Positions 17,088 through 26,934 of a stretch of 64,000 nt of DNA are shown one piece after another (position 1 is the stretch's first letter; each line of letters starts with the position of its first letter). Source of the stretch: Desulfarculia bacterium (GTDB lineage: Bacteria; Desulfobacterota; Desulfarculia; Adiutricales; JAGVGV01); NCBI GenBank assembly GCA_963662445.1, contig OY759590.1, positions 1,472,249-1,536,248 on the forward strand. Reading direction: 5' to 3'. The translations under genes and the position numbers were made by a program. The notes beneath the pieces were generated by a model. It saw only the letters and a list, made by a program, of their open reading frames with translations, was not told the origin of the DNA and did not search any database.

Positions 17088-20000
17088 ATGAGAGTCCCTT
17101 TACAACGCCGGATCAACCGATCTCTTCTGGCCACTTTCGTGGTTCTGGCGTTCATCTTCGGCCTGACCTTTCTGTTTCTGCTGGGCATGCAGACGGATTC
17201 CATCGTGAAGAAGAGCCGGACGGTCCTGGAAATGCTGGTGCAACGGGAAAGCGGCCATCTCGCCAATGAAATATTCGAGGGCCGGGTTCGTGCTTTGGAC
17301 CTGCGGGTGGAGGAAATCCTGGCCCTGGACAGCATCGTGTCGGTGACTGTTTACGACCGCTCCGGAAGGCCTTTGGCTCATCAGGACCGCCTGGGCGGCT
17401 CTCCGCCTTCCCTCAAGGACAGGGCCGGATTGCTGGTGGGAGAATCCTGGACCGGGATGGAGAAATGGCGCGAGATACCTGCTTTGAGTTTCGAAGCGCC
17501 CGTGGCTGCTCTGGGTGAAATTAACGGATATGTGAGAATAATCTATTCCCTGGCCGACGTGGAGCGCACCAGAAGACTGTCCTGGCTGCTCGTGGCCGGC
17601 CTCCTGGCGACTACTTTTCTGGTCATGCTGGTTCTTTTAAACCGTTTGCTGGCCGGTGGGGTTGTCCGCCCAATAAAGAGGCTGCGGGAAGCCATGTCAA
17701 GAGTGGCGGCAGAGGGACCCGGCGGAGTGATCGGGATTGACCGGGAGGACGAAATCGGGGATCTGACCACGACCTTCAACAGTATGAGCTTGCAGTTGGC
17801 CGAATTGCTGCAACAAGTCCAGATGGAAGCCGAGGAGCGCCGGAAAGTCCAGGAGGAGCTGGCCAGGACTCACCGCGCCGCTCAGACGCTCATCGACACC
17901 ACGGACGATTTTATAATCATGGTGGATCTGGACGGCATCATCCTGGCGGCCAACATGGCCGCAGCCAAGTGGTTCGGCCGAAAGCCGGAGGAGATAAGGG
18001 GTCTTTCCTACCGGGAACTGGCTTCAAGTGAAGATATTGAGTCGAGTAACCGCTGGGCGCGGGAAGCCATGGCCAGCGGACGCCCGGTCCGGCATGAGGT
18101 CATCCAGCGGGGTCTGGTGCTAGACCGGCTTTTTTATCCCGTGCAGGATGCCGAGGGACGGGTGACGGCGGTAGCCACCTATGGCCGGGATGTCACGGAA
18201 ATACGCCAGGCCCAGACAGCCCTTGGCGACAGGATGAGGGAACTGCTGGCCCTGAACGAGTTCAGCCGCAGGCTGGGGACAAGTCTTTCCCTGGAGTCGA
18301 CTCTCGATACCATCCTTGAACACATGGCCGGGATTCTCAAGCCGGACCAGGCCATGGTTTTTCTGCGCAAAGGGAGCGACTTGCTTCTGAAAGCCCGCTT
18401 GCCGCTGAATCACGCCGATGAACTCGAACTGGAAGCGCCGTACAAGGCGGACGACTGTCTTTGCGGACGGGCGGCTGAAGAGAACAAGGCCTTTTATTCC
18501 CTGGACATCAAGCATGACCACAGATTCGGCGGCCCGAGGTGCAAAAACAGCGGCCTGCGTTCGGCGGCGGCTCTGCCTCTGGTTTCGGGAAAAGAAAATC
18601 TTGGAGTTTTATTCCTGGGTTACCGGGAAACGGTTGACTTGGCCGGTCAGGCCAATTTCGTCGAGGCCTTCGGCAATGAAGCGGCTATTGCCCTGAAGAA
18701 CGCCCTGCTCTTCGAGCAATTGAGGCTGTCGGAAGAGAAATTTTTCAGCGCTTTTCAGGCCTCTCCGGATTCAATATCCATCATCAGCGAAGACGGCCGG
18801 ATCGTCGAGGTTAACGAGGGCTTTGAAAAGATAACCGGCTGGTCGAGAGAGGACGCTCTGGGCCGGACTGTCATCGACCTGGGTTTATGGGCGGATGCCG
18901 ACCAGCGGCGGCAAGCTATTGAAAAAATGAATTTTACGGGGGAACTGGATAATCTGGAATTCCCGTTTGTGACCAAGTCCGGGGTGCGCCGTCAGGGTTT
19001 GCTTTCCCTGCGCCGGATAACGGTCAAAGATGACCGTTTGCTGGTTTCGGTGGTGCGGGACCTCACCGAGCACCTGCGTGCCCAGGAGGATCTGCGAAAA
19101 TCACGCGAAATGCTGGATTCTATAATCCGCAGTATTCCCGATATCCTGTACCGTCTGGACGTGGAAGGGCGGATCGTCTTCATCAACGATGCGGTCAAGG
19201 ACTACGGTTTCAGTCCGGAAGAACTGATCGGCCAGGATGTGCTGGAACTGGTTCACCCTGACGACCGTCAGGCCGTGGCGCGCCAGATCAAAGAGCGCAG
19301 GACCGGGGAACGCAAAACCCGCGATCTGACGGTCCGTCTGCTCAGCAGGACGAAGCGCGAGGAGTCTTTTGAGACTCGGAGCGCCGGTATACACAACGAG
19401 CATATCGTGCTGCTGGACGCGGAAGGTCTGTACGACGGGGACCCGGTTGCAGAGGGCAAATTTTTCGGCACCCAGGGCATAGCCCGGGATATCACGGAGC
19501 TGAAAAACCTGGAAAACCAGTTGCGGCAGTCTCAGAAGATGGAGGCCATCGGCACTCTGGCCGGAGGCATCGCCCATGATTTCAATAACATTCTGACCGC
19601 AATTCTCAGTTACGCTGAACTGGGCAAGCTGAAAGCTCAGCGGCGGGAGAAGGTGGAAAATTATATAGACGAAGTACTCAAGGCCGGTCTGCGCGCCCGG
19701 GACCTGGTGAGCCAGATACTGACCTTCAGCCGCCAGTCCAGGGTTGAGAAGCATCCATTGGACATGGCTTTGATCGTCGAGGAGGCCTTGAAGCTGTTAC
19801 GGGCTTCGATTCCGGCTACAATCGGGATAGTAAGCGACATACCTTCCGGACTGGGGCTGGTGCTGGGCGATTCCACGCATATGCACCAGTTGACCCTGAA
19901 TCTCTGCACCAACGCCGCTCACGCCATGCGCCGGAGCGGCGGGACCCTGACCGTGACCCTGGACAGACACGAAGTCAGTCCCGGCGAGGCCCGGCATCTT

Positions 20001-20660
20001 TCGGATTTGATTCCGGGCAGGTATATACGGCTGGAGGTTGCCGACAGCGGTGAAGGGATCAAACCCGAAGTCAGAGAGCGGATATTCGATCCTTTTTTTA
20101 CCACCAAGGGGCGGGGAGAGGGCACTGGTTTAGGACTGGCCACGGTGCACGGTATTGTCAAGGAGATGGGTGGTGCCATTCTCGTGGACAGCGAGGTGGG
20201 CGAAGGGACCCGTTTCAAGGTGCTGTTGCCTGTTTATGACGGCCAGGCCCGGCAACAGAGAGAGGAATCGCCTTCACTGGCCGGAGGGGATGAAACTCTT
20301 CTGGTTGTGGATGACGAGAAAACAGTGGCCGAGGCCACGGCCGAGCTGTTGCAGTTTCTGGGGTACAAGGTAACGAGTTTTTATGAACCCGCCTTGGCCT
20401 TGGAGCATTTCCGTCTGCACCGGGACGAAATAGACCTGGTAATGACAGACCAGACCATGCCGGGCATGACCGGTCTGGAGTTGGGGGCCAGGTTGCGGCA
20501 AGAGCGGAAAGATTTGCCGGTGATCCTTATGACCGGTTTCAGCGACGGCCTCTCCGCGGAGACAATCAAAAACCTTGGGTTCAGTGCAGTGGTGAATAAG
20601 CCTTTGATGCTGAAGGAACTGGCGGAGCAGATCAGGAAAGCTTTGGAGGCGGCCGGTTGA
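17088..20660 (+). CDS. Hybrid sensor histidine kinase / response regulator (2 TM, HAMP, PAS, GAF, PAS x2, HisKA, HATPase, REC)
   Basis: About 1190 aa. H-box GGIAHDFNNILTAI, G-boxes DSGEGI...GTGLGLATVHG, C-terminal receiver LLVVDDE...DLVMTDQTMPGMTG. Confidence 0.9.
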   Translation: MRVPLQRRINRSLLATFVVLAFIFGLTFLFLLGMQTDSIVKKSRTVLEMLVQRESGHLANEIFEGRVRALDLRVEEILALDSIVSVTVYDRSGRPLAHQDRLGGSPPSLKDRAGLLVGESWTGMEKWREIPALSFEAPVAALGEINGYVRIIYSLADVERTRRLSWLLVAGLLATTFLVMLVLLNRLLAGGVVRPIKRLREAMSRVAAEGPGGVIGIDREDEIGDLTTTFNSMSLQLAELLQQVQMEAEERRKVQEELARTHRAAQTLIDTTDDFIIMVDLDGIILAANMAAAKWFGRKPEEIRGLSYRELASSEDIESSNRWAREAMASGRPVRHEVIQRGLVLDRLFYPVQDAEGRVTAVATYGRDVTEIRQAQTALGDRMRELLALNEFSRRLGTSLSLESTLDTILEHMAGILKPDQAMVFLRKGSDLLLKARLPLNHADELELEAPYKADDCLCGRAAEENKAFYSLDIKHDHRFGGPRCKNSGLRSAAALPLVSGKENLGVLFLGYRETVDLAGQANFVEAFGNEAAIALKNALLFEQLRLSEEKFFSAFQASPDSISIISEDGRIVEVNEGFEKITGWSREDALGRTVIDLGLWADADQRRQAIEKMNFTGELDNLEFPFVTKSGVRRQGLLSLRRITVKDDRLLVSVVRDLTEHLRAQEDLRKSREMLDSIIRSIPDILYRLDVEGRIVFINDAVKDYGFSPEELIGQDVLELVHPDDRQAVARQIKERRTGERKTRDLTVRLLSRTKREESFETRSAGIHNEHIVLLDAEGLYDGDPVAEGKFFGTQGIARDITELKNLENQLRQSQKMEAIGTLAGGIAHDFNNILTAILSYAELGKLKAQRREKVENYIDEVLKAGLRARDLVSQILTFSRQSRVEKHPLDMALIVEEALKLLRASIPATIGIVSDIPSGLGLVLGDSTHMHQLTLNLCTNAAHAMRRSGGTLTVTLDRHEVSPGEARHLSDLIPGRYIRLEVADSGEGIKPEVRERIFDPFFTTKGRGEGTGLGLATVHGIVKEMGGAILVDSEVGEGTRFKVLLPVYDGQARQQREESPSLAGGDETLLVVDDEKTVAEATAELLQFLGYKVTSFYEPALALEHFRLHRDEIDLVMTDQTMPGMTGLELGARLRQERKDLPVILMTGFSDGLSAETIKNLGFSAVVNKPLMLKELAEQIRKALEAAG

Positions 20661-20786
20661 ATTCTGACCGTGCTCCGGGATAACTGCTTTTATGTCTCGG
20701 GCCGGGCCTGTGAATTCTTTTAACCTGCTGGTTTTCCGGCCGCCAAGGGGTTGTTCCTTGTTAGCCGTTTTTATGCACCTTGTCTT

Positions 20787-20814
20787 TTGACAGTTAAAAA
20801 TCAGATGTTATAAT
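20787..20814 (+). promoter_or_regulatory. Strong sigma-70-type promoter candidate upstream of the PocR kinase
   Basis: TTGACA (20787-20792), 16 nt spacer, TATAAT (20809-20814). Both hexamers match the consensus. Confidence 0.5.
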
Positions 20815-20997
20815 ACCCCGTAAGAATAAAATCCCGCACCACTCTTTGAATGACGCCCGGCTTTTACTTGCCTGGCAGAGTTAATGGCATTATCTCCTGG
20901 CATGGAGTCAGATGGCCGGTCCGGTCTGCCGGTCTGAAGCCGGACCGGGAAGTGCTTCTCTTGACCGGCCGACAACCGTATTTCCCGCCTTTGGGGG

Positions 20998-23900
20998 GTG
21001 GAGGAGGTTTGCTTGGATTATTCATTCAAGGAACTGTTCGACCTTGAGGTCTTGGCGAATCTTTGTGAAAGCTTCACTAAGGCAACAGGAGCGGCTACAG
21101 CTATTCTTGATCTCGAGGGAAACGTTCTGGTAGCCACGGGCTGGCGGGACATCTGCACCTGTTTTCATCGCCGGAATCCGGAAACCGCCATCCGCTGCAC
21201 GGAAAGCGACACCGTGCTGGCCGGCCGGCTGAAGATGGGTGAGCAATACAATATCTACAGATGCCGGAACGGGATGCTGGACGCAGCTACGCCCATTGTC
21301 ATCGCCGGCACCCACATAGGCAACCTTTTTACCGGCCAGTTTCTCTTTGAACCCCCCGACAGGGATTTTTTTCGCCGGCAGGCGGCTGAATTCGGTTTTG
21401 AAGAAAAGACCTATCTCAAGGCTTTGGACGAAGTCCCGATTTTTTCCGAGGAACAGATCCGCTCGATCATGGATTTTCTGAGCAGGTTGGCCGAGGTAAT
21501 CGGCGAAACCGGGCTGGCCAGATTGAAGCTTCTTGAAACCAACCGGGAATTGAAACGCGAAATCGCGGAACGGGCCAAGGCCGAGGATGAATTGGCTCAA
21601 CAGTCGGAACTGTTGAACAATATCCTGAGCAACATACCTCACGGGGTCTTCTGGAAAGACCGGAATTCGGTCTACCTCGGCTGTAACAAGGTCTGCGCCG
21701 AAACCTTCGGCCTGAAAGACACCGAGAGCATTGTCGGCAAAACCGAATACGATCTTCCCGGAGACGAGGAAGAAGTGAAAAGCTACCTGCGAGTGGACCG
21801 GTCCGTCATCGACAGGGGAGTCTCCCTGCTGGGAATCGAGGAAACCCTGACCACGGCCGCAGGGGGCAAGATGTCGGTGGTCACCAGCAAGGCTCCTCTC
21901 CGGAACAAAGATGGTGAGATTTTCGGCCTTTTAGGGATATTTCACGACGTTACGGAACTCAAACAGGCTGAGGAAGCCTTGAAGGAGAGCGAGGAGCGTT
22001 TTCGCCTGATCTTCAAAACCAGCCCGGAGGCTATCAGCCTCAGCCGTCTGGCCGACGGAGTGTATATGGACGTTAACGAGGGATACACTCTGCTGAGCGG
22101 CTTCAGCCGTGAAGACGTTCTCGGCAAGACGTCTCTCGAAACAGGCTTGTGGCATGATCCATCGGAACGGGAGCGGGTGATTCAACAGCTTTCCACCCAA
22201 GGATACTGCGACAACATGGAGGTTCGTCTGCGGCGCAAAGACGGGTCCGCGGCTGTAGGCCTACTTTCGGCGAGGATAATACAACTCAACGGCGTCAAGC
22301 ACGTGATTTCCATCGTTCGCGACATAACCGAGCGCAAAAGGATAGAAGATGAGCTGTCCCGCAGGGAAAACCTGCTGCAAAAGATATTCGAAATCCTGCC
22401 GGTGGGTTTGTGGATAACCGATCGTCATGGACGGCTGCTTTCCGGCAATCCCACGGGCGTGAAGATCTGGGGCGGGGAGCCGAAAGTGGGGAAAGAGGAA
22501 TACGGCGTTTTCAAGGCCCGCCGCCTTCCTTCCGGCGAGGAGATCGCGCCGGATGACTGGTCTCTGGCTCATACCGTGAATAAAGGCGTTACCATAGCCG
22601 GTGAAATGCTGGAAATAGACGCCTTTGACGGCCAAAAAAGGATTGTCCTGAATTACACCGCGCCGGTGCTGAATGAAGCTGGTTCGCTCGAAGCTGCCAT
22701 CGTGGTCAACCAGGACATCACGGAACTCAAGCGGGCCGAAGAACTGCTCAGGGCCGGGGAAGAAAAATACCGCTCACTTTTCCAGGAAGCCAAGCGGGCC
22801 GAAGAGGTTTACCGCCGCCTGCTGGATTCCTCGGCCGACGCCATAGCAATATACGACATCGACGGCAATGCCCAGTTTGTCAGTCCGGCCTTCACGAGAA
22901 TTTTCGGCTGGACTCCGGATGAAGTGCTGGGGCGGAGAATCGACTTCGTCCCCGAAACGGAAAAAGAATCCAGTCTGGCGGAAATTCAGCGGGTGTTGGC
23001 CGGGGGGTTTTCCGCCAACTATCAGACCAGGAGGCTGGATAAAAACGGCCGGGTGCTCGACGTCACCATCAGCGCCTCCCGCTTCGACGATCACGAAGGG
23101 AACCCCGCAGGCATGCTGGTCATTCTCCGCGATGTGACCCAGACAAAGGATATGGAGATCCAACTGCGGCAAGCCCTGAAGATGGAGGCCATTGGCACCC
23201 TGGCCGGAGGCATAGCCCACGATTTCAATAATCTTTTGCAGGCCATCAACGGTTACACTCAGCTTCTGCTCATGGACAGGACCGAGGAGAGCCCCGACTA
23301 TGCGGAGCTGTCGGCTATCGGCAAGGCAGCCGACCGGGCCGCCGGGCTGGTCAGGCAGCTTCTTCTTTTCAGCCGGAAACTGGAGGGAGCACGCCGCCCG
23401 GTCGATCTTAACAAGGTGGTTTCCGAAGCGGAAGCCGTTCTCAGGCGGACCATTCCCAAAATGATCGACGTCGATCTGCATCTGAGCGGCGACCTTTGGA
23501 GCATCAACGCCGACCCTGTCCAGATGGAGCAGATACTGCTGAACCTGGGCAGCAACGCGGCCGACGCCATGCCGGACGGCGGACAACTCTTCATTGAGAC
23601 CCGGAATATCATCCTGGACGAGGACTATTGCCGCGAGCACCTTGTCGCCACAGTGGGCAGATATGTGCTCCTGACTGTTTCCGACACCGGCCACGGCATG
23701 GACAAGGAGACGATTGAACATATCTTCGAACCCTTTTATACCACCAAGGAAGTAGGCCGTGGTACGGGGCTGGGGCTGGCTTCGGTTTATGGCGTCGTCA
23801 AGGGGCAAGGCGGATTCATTCAGTGCTACAGTGAACCGGGCCAGGGAACGACTTTCAGAATATATCTGCCTGCTGGCGGCCTGACTGACAGCGGGAGTCT

Positions 23901-24303
23901 TGAAGCCAAAGGCAAGGTCAAACCCCGGGGCGGGACGGAAACAATCCTCGTTGTCGATGATGACGCGGCCATCAGGGATTTCGCCGCCCAGGCCTTGCAG
24001 CGTTTCGGATACACAGTAATCCCGGCCGACAGCGGAGAAAACGCCTTGGAAGCCTACGCCCGGCAGGGGGCAAAAATAGACCTGGTGATTCTGGACCTGG
24101 GCATGCCCGGCATGGGGGGGCACAAATGCCTGGTCGAATTGTTGCGGATGAATCCGTCGGCCAGGGTCCTCATAGCCAGCGGCTACTCCGAAAACAGCCT
24201 GGCCCGGCGGACACTGGAATCGGGCGCGGCCGGGTTTATCGGCAAACCTTACCTGCTGGGGGACTTGCTGGCTTCGGTGAGGCGGGTTCTGGAAACTGCT
24301 TAG
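20998..24303 (+). CDS. Hybrid sensor histidine kinase with an N-terminal PocR sensory domain, multiple PAS domains, HisKA, HATPase and REC
   Basis: 1101 aa. PocR-like region LANLCESFTKATGAATAILDLEGNVLVATGWRDICTCFHR...YRCRNGMLDAATPIVIAGTHIGNLFTGQF. H-box GGIAHDFNNLLQAI. Receiver ILVVDDD...DLVILDLGMPGMGG. The start may instead be the in-frame TTG at 21013, just after GGAGGAGG. Confidence 0.9.
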   Translation: MEEVCLDYSFKELFDLEVLANLCESFTKATGAATAILDLEGNVLVATGWRDICTCFHRRNPETAIRCTESDTVLAGRLKMGEQYNIYRCRNGMLDAATPIVIAGTHIGNLFTGQFLFEPPDRDFFRRQAAEFGFEEKTYLKALDEVPIFSEEQIRSIMDFLSRLAEVIGETGLARLKLLETNRELKREIAERAKAEDELAQQSELLNNILSNIPHGVFWKDRNSVYLGCNKVCAETFGLKDTESIVGKTEYDLPGDEEEVKSYLRVDRSVIDRGVSLLGIEETLTTAAGGKMSVVTSKAPLRNKDGEIFGLLGIFHDVTELKQAEEALKESEERFRLIFKTSPEAISLSRLADGVYMDVNEGYTLLSGFSREDVLGKTSLETGLWHDPSERERVIQQLSTQGYCDNMEVRLRRKDGSAAVGLLSARIIQLNGVKHVISIVRDITERKRIEDELSRRENLLQKIFEILPVGLWITDRHGRLLSGNPTGVKIWGGEPKVGKEEYGVFKARRLPSGEEIAPDDWSLAHTVNKGVTIAGEMLEIDAFDGQKRIVLNYTAPVLNEAGSLEAAIVVNQDITELKRAEELLRAGEEKYRSLFQEAKRAEEVYRRLLDSSADAIAIYDIDGNAQFVSPAFTRIFGWTPDEVLGRRIDFVPETEKESSLAEIQRVLAGGFSANYQTRRLDKNGRVLDVTISASRFDDHEGNPAGMLVILRDVTQTKDMEIQLRQALKMEAIGTLAGGIAHDFNNLLQAINGYTQLLLMDRTEESPDYAELSAIGKAADRAAGLVRQLLLFSRKLEGARRPVDLNKVVSEAEAVLRRTIPKMIDVDLHLSGDLWSINADPVQMEQILLNLGSNAADAMPDGGQLFIETRNIILDEDYCREHLVATVGRYVLLTVSDTGHGMDKETIEHIFEPFYTTKEVGRGTGLGLASVYGVVKGQGGFIQCYSEPGQGTTFRIYLPAGGLTDSGSLEAKGKVKPRGGTETILVVDDDAAIRDFAAQALQRFGYTVIPADSGENALEAYARQGAKIDLVILDLGMPGMGGHKCLVELLRMNPSARVLIASGYSENSLARRTLESGAAGFIGKPYLLGDLLASVRRVLETA

Positions 24304-24454
24304 GATTCATGTCTGTGTACCGGCGCAGGTGAAGATTCTCTGTTTTCCCATATACCAATCGGAGGCGATAACTCCGCCTCGGGTTCTTGCTCAGCCCCGT
24401 TAATTACCACGGCGTTCATGCTTGCCGCTCAATCTGCTCCGAAGTCTATGCTCC

Positions 24455-24745
24455 GGAGGCTTTCGCCTCCGGTGCGTTTGTTGACAAAGTGGCTCCCAAG
24501 GCCGTTGAAAGAAAAGAAGGCTCCGAGAAAAACTATACAGGCGGGGTGCTTCGCCCCAGGCTGTCGCCTGGCCCCTCTCTGGGGGCTGGCCGCCCCCAGC
24601 GCTCCCGTTGGTCGCTGCCCCCGCGTAAAGATGGAATATAAAACTGGAGGCGTCAGCCTCCGGAGCCGGGTGCAGGCGAAAGCCTGCCAGACCAAGGGAA
24701 CGCCTGAGCGGCCGCGTCCCCTTGGTCTGGGCGGGAAAGACTATC
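24455..24745. repeat. Mosaic intergenic repeat, locus 2 (modules F-A-B-C, inverted relative to locus 1)
   Basis: See locus 1. Lies in the convergent gap between the kinase and tag. Confidence 0.8.
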
Positions 24746-24773
24746 ACTCCTTTATTCAAAAAAGGCCGGTCAG

Positions 24774-25349
24774 CTACCGGTCCGCCTGCACCTCATGGTA
24801 ACGGAAACAGCCGACCTCATGGTCGTTGACCATCCCCACGGCCTGCATGAACGCATAGCAGCTCGTGGACCCGACGAACTTGAAGCCGCGTTTCTTCATG
24901 GCCTTGCTCACTCTGTCCGAAAGCTCCGTCCGGGCTGGCAGTTCTTTCAGACTCCTCCAGGAGTTCACTATCGGCTGTCCGTCCACAAAGTCCCAGATAT
25001 AGCGGTCGAAGGAACCGAATTCCTCTCTGACCGCCAGGAAAATTCGGGCGTTGTGTATGGTTGCTTCCAGCTTGCGCCGGTTGCGGATGAGGCCCTGATC
25101 GGTGAGCATGTCCGCCACTTTGTTTTCGTCATAACCGGCGATGATCTCCGGATCGAAACCATCCATGGCCCGGCGGTAGTTTTCCCGCTTGCGCAGCACC
25201 GTCAGCCAGCTCAGTCCGGCCTGGGCCGTTTCCAGCACCAGGTGCTCGAAAAGGTGGCGGTCGTCATGGGACGGCGCTCCCCATTCCAGGTCATGATAAT
25301 CGCGCATGAGTTCATTCCCCACAGCCCAGGCGCAACGTTTCTTTTCCAT
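24774..25349 (-). CDS. tag: DNA-3-methyladenine glycosylase I
   Basis: MEKKRCAWAVGNELMRDYHDLEWGAPSHDDRHLFEHLVLETAQAGLSWLTVLRKRENYR... is a typical Tag sequence. I took ATG at 25349. The upstream ORF extension has no coding look. Confidence 0.9.
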   Translation of the reverse strand: MEKKRCAWAVGNELMRDYHDLEWGAPSHDDRHLFEHLVLETAQAGLSWLTVLRKRENYRRAMDGFDPEIIAGYDENKVADMLTDQGLIRNRRKLEATIHNARIFLAVREEFGSFDRYIWDFVDGQPIVNSWRSLKELPARTELSDRVSKAMKKRGFKFVGSTSCYAFMQAVGMVNDHEVGCFRYHEVQADR

Positions 25350-25539
25350 CCGGCCCTCCTCGCCCCGCTCGTGTTTGCGGCCATTATAATCAACCTTCGG
25401 CCCGCACGCCAGCCGGATGCTCCGGCTATTCTTGTCAGCCCCGGTGTTTGGAGCAATTTGGCTTTGACCCTTAATAGACCTTTTGCTAAACTGCACGGAT
25501 TGTATTCGTGGCGATTCCTGTAAAATCAAGGAGTAATAA

Positions 25540-26121
25540 ATGAAGTCCATCACTTTTCATGCGCGGAAAGCTCTTATTCTTTTCGTGGTGCTGGCCGTCT
25601 TCTGCGCCGCACCGGCTCTGGCCTCCGATGAACAGAAGACACATCATCGTATCGGAGGCTGGCTAGGTTACGCGCAGTCCTACGATGGTGAAGACGATTA
25701 TAATTTCGTCAGCCTCAATCCTTACTGGAGCGTCTTCCTGACTGATCCGGGACCGGACTGGAAATGGTCCGTGGAATTGGCCGTCGAAGGTTTTTACAAC
25801 AAATACGTCGGCGACTATTCCGAGTATTTTGAAGTCGGCTTTTCCCCGACCTTCCGTTTTCATTACGGCTTCGAAAAGACTGTCTCGCCTTACGCCGAAA
25901 TCTCCATCGGCGCTCTTTACAACAATATGGACACCGACGCGACGCACAGCGACCTCATGTTCGATGTCCATTGGGGCCTGGGCCTGAATTTCCGCCTGAC
26001 TCAGGACCTATATCTCAGCGCCGGGTACCGCTGGAGGCACATCTCCAACGCCAATTCTCACCGCCGCAACCCCGGTCTGGATTTCAACCAGGCCGTGGTG
26101 GGCCTCTCTTATTATTATTAG
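25540..26121 (+). CDS. PagL-like lipid A deacylase / acyloxyacyl hydrolase family outer-membrane protein
   Basis: 193 aa. Signal peptide, small beta-barrel composition, and the catalytic-type motif GYRWRHISNA...NPGLDF near the C-terminus. Confidence 0.75.
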   Translation: MKSITFHARKALILFVVLAVFCAAPALASDEQKTHHRIGGWLGYAQSYDGEDDYNFVSLNPYWSVFLTDPGPDWKWSVELAVEGFYNKYVGDYSEYFEVGFSPTFRFHYGFEKTVSPYAEISIGALYNNMDTDATHSDLMFDVHWGLGLNFRLTQDLYLSAGYRWRHISNANSHRRNPGLDFNQAVVGLSYYY

Positions 26122-26167
26122 GCTTCAGCCCGGAAGCTTAATTTAGAGTACAGGAGTGTTCAGACCC

Positions 26168-26896
26168 ATGCCCTCGCTCAGTGAACTGGCCGTGCGCCTC
26201 AAGGCGGCTTTGCGGCTTGAACTCGAACCGGTCGGCGTCAAGCTTGTCGGTCCCGACGACCGGGACCCCGATTTTCCCGACGGCCCGCCGCCGGAAATAG
26301 TCCTCAAAAGCTACTGTCAGGGCCTGACCATGGCCGCCAGGGGACGGACATTTTACGGGCCGGCCTCAAGCCTTGGCTGCACTCTGGGCACTGTGGCCCT
26401 GGGGTTGGAAAAAGACCCTGCCCCGCTTCTGGCCGCCACCGCCCAGGAAAAAGCCGCCGCCGGCCTCTTTCGTGACGAGGACGCCAGCCGCTCCAGCGTG
26501 TCCGGAGCCCCCAGGCTAACCCCCGGCAGCAGCCGGGCTGCTCTTATCAGCCCTCTGGCCGATCTGACTGCGGAACCGGATGTGGTTATTCTGGAAGTCA
26601 CCCCGGAACAGGCCATGTGGCTGCTCTATGCCGCCAACTATCAAAGCGGCGGTGGGCAGAACCTGCCTCAGGCCGGAGGCGTGGCCGGAGGCTGCGCCGA
26701 CGTCACCGCCTATCCTCTGCTGACCGGCAGCCCCAACATCACCTTTCTCGGTCTGGCCTGCCGGCTCAAATCGGCCATCCCGGCCGGGCATCTCTTTTTC
26801 GGGCTTCCCGGTTCCGGCCTGGAAGAACTGCTGAAGCACCTGGAAAAAATGGCTAAGCCCATAGGCAAACTGGCCGAAGCCAGCCGGGCGAACTGA
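26168..26896 (+). CDS. DUF169-like protein
   Basis: LELEPVGVKLV...SYCQGLTMAARGRTFYG...LGCTLGTVALGL resembles DUF169. The start is uncertain (GTG at 26156 or ATG at 26168). Confidence 0.6.
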   Translation: MPSLSELAVRLKAALRLELEPVGVKLVGPDDRDPDFPDGPPPEIVLKSYCQGLTMAARGRTFYGPASSLGCTLGTVALGLEKDPAPLLAATAQEKAAAGLFRDEDASRSSVSGAPRLTPGSSRAALISPLADLTAEPDVVILEVTPEQAMWLLYAANYQSGGGQNLPQAGGVAGGCADVTAYPLLTGSPNITFLGLACRLKSAIPAGHLFFGLPGSGLEELLKHLEKMAKPIGKLAEASRAN

Positions 26897-26934
26897 AGAT
26901 AAAGGAGTCCGCCTTCGGGACCGCCATCCATGAT

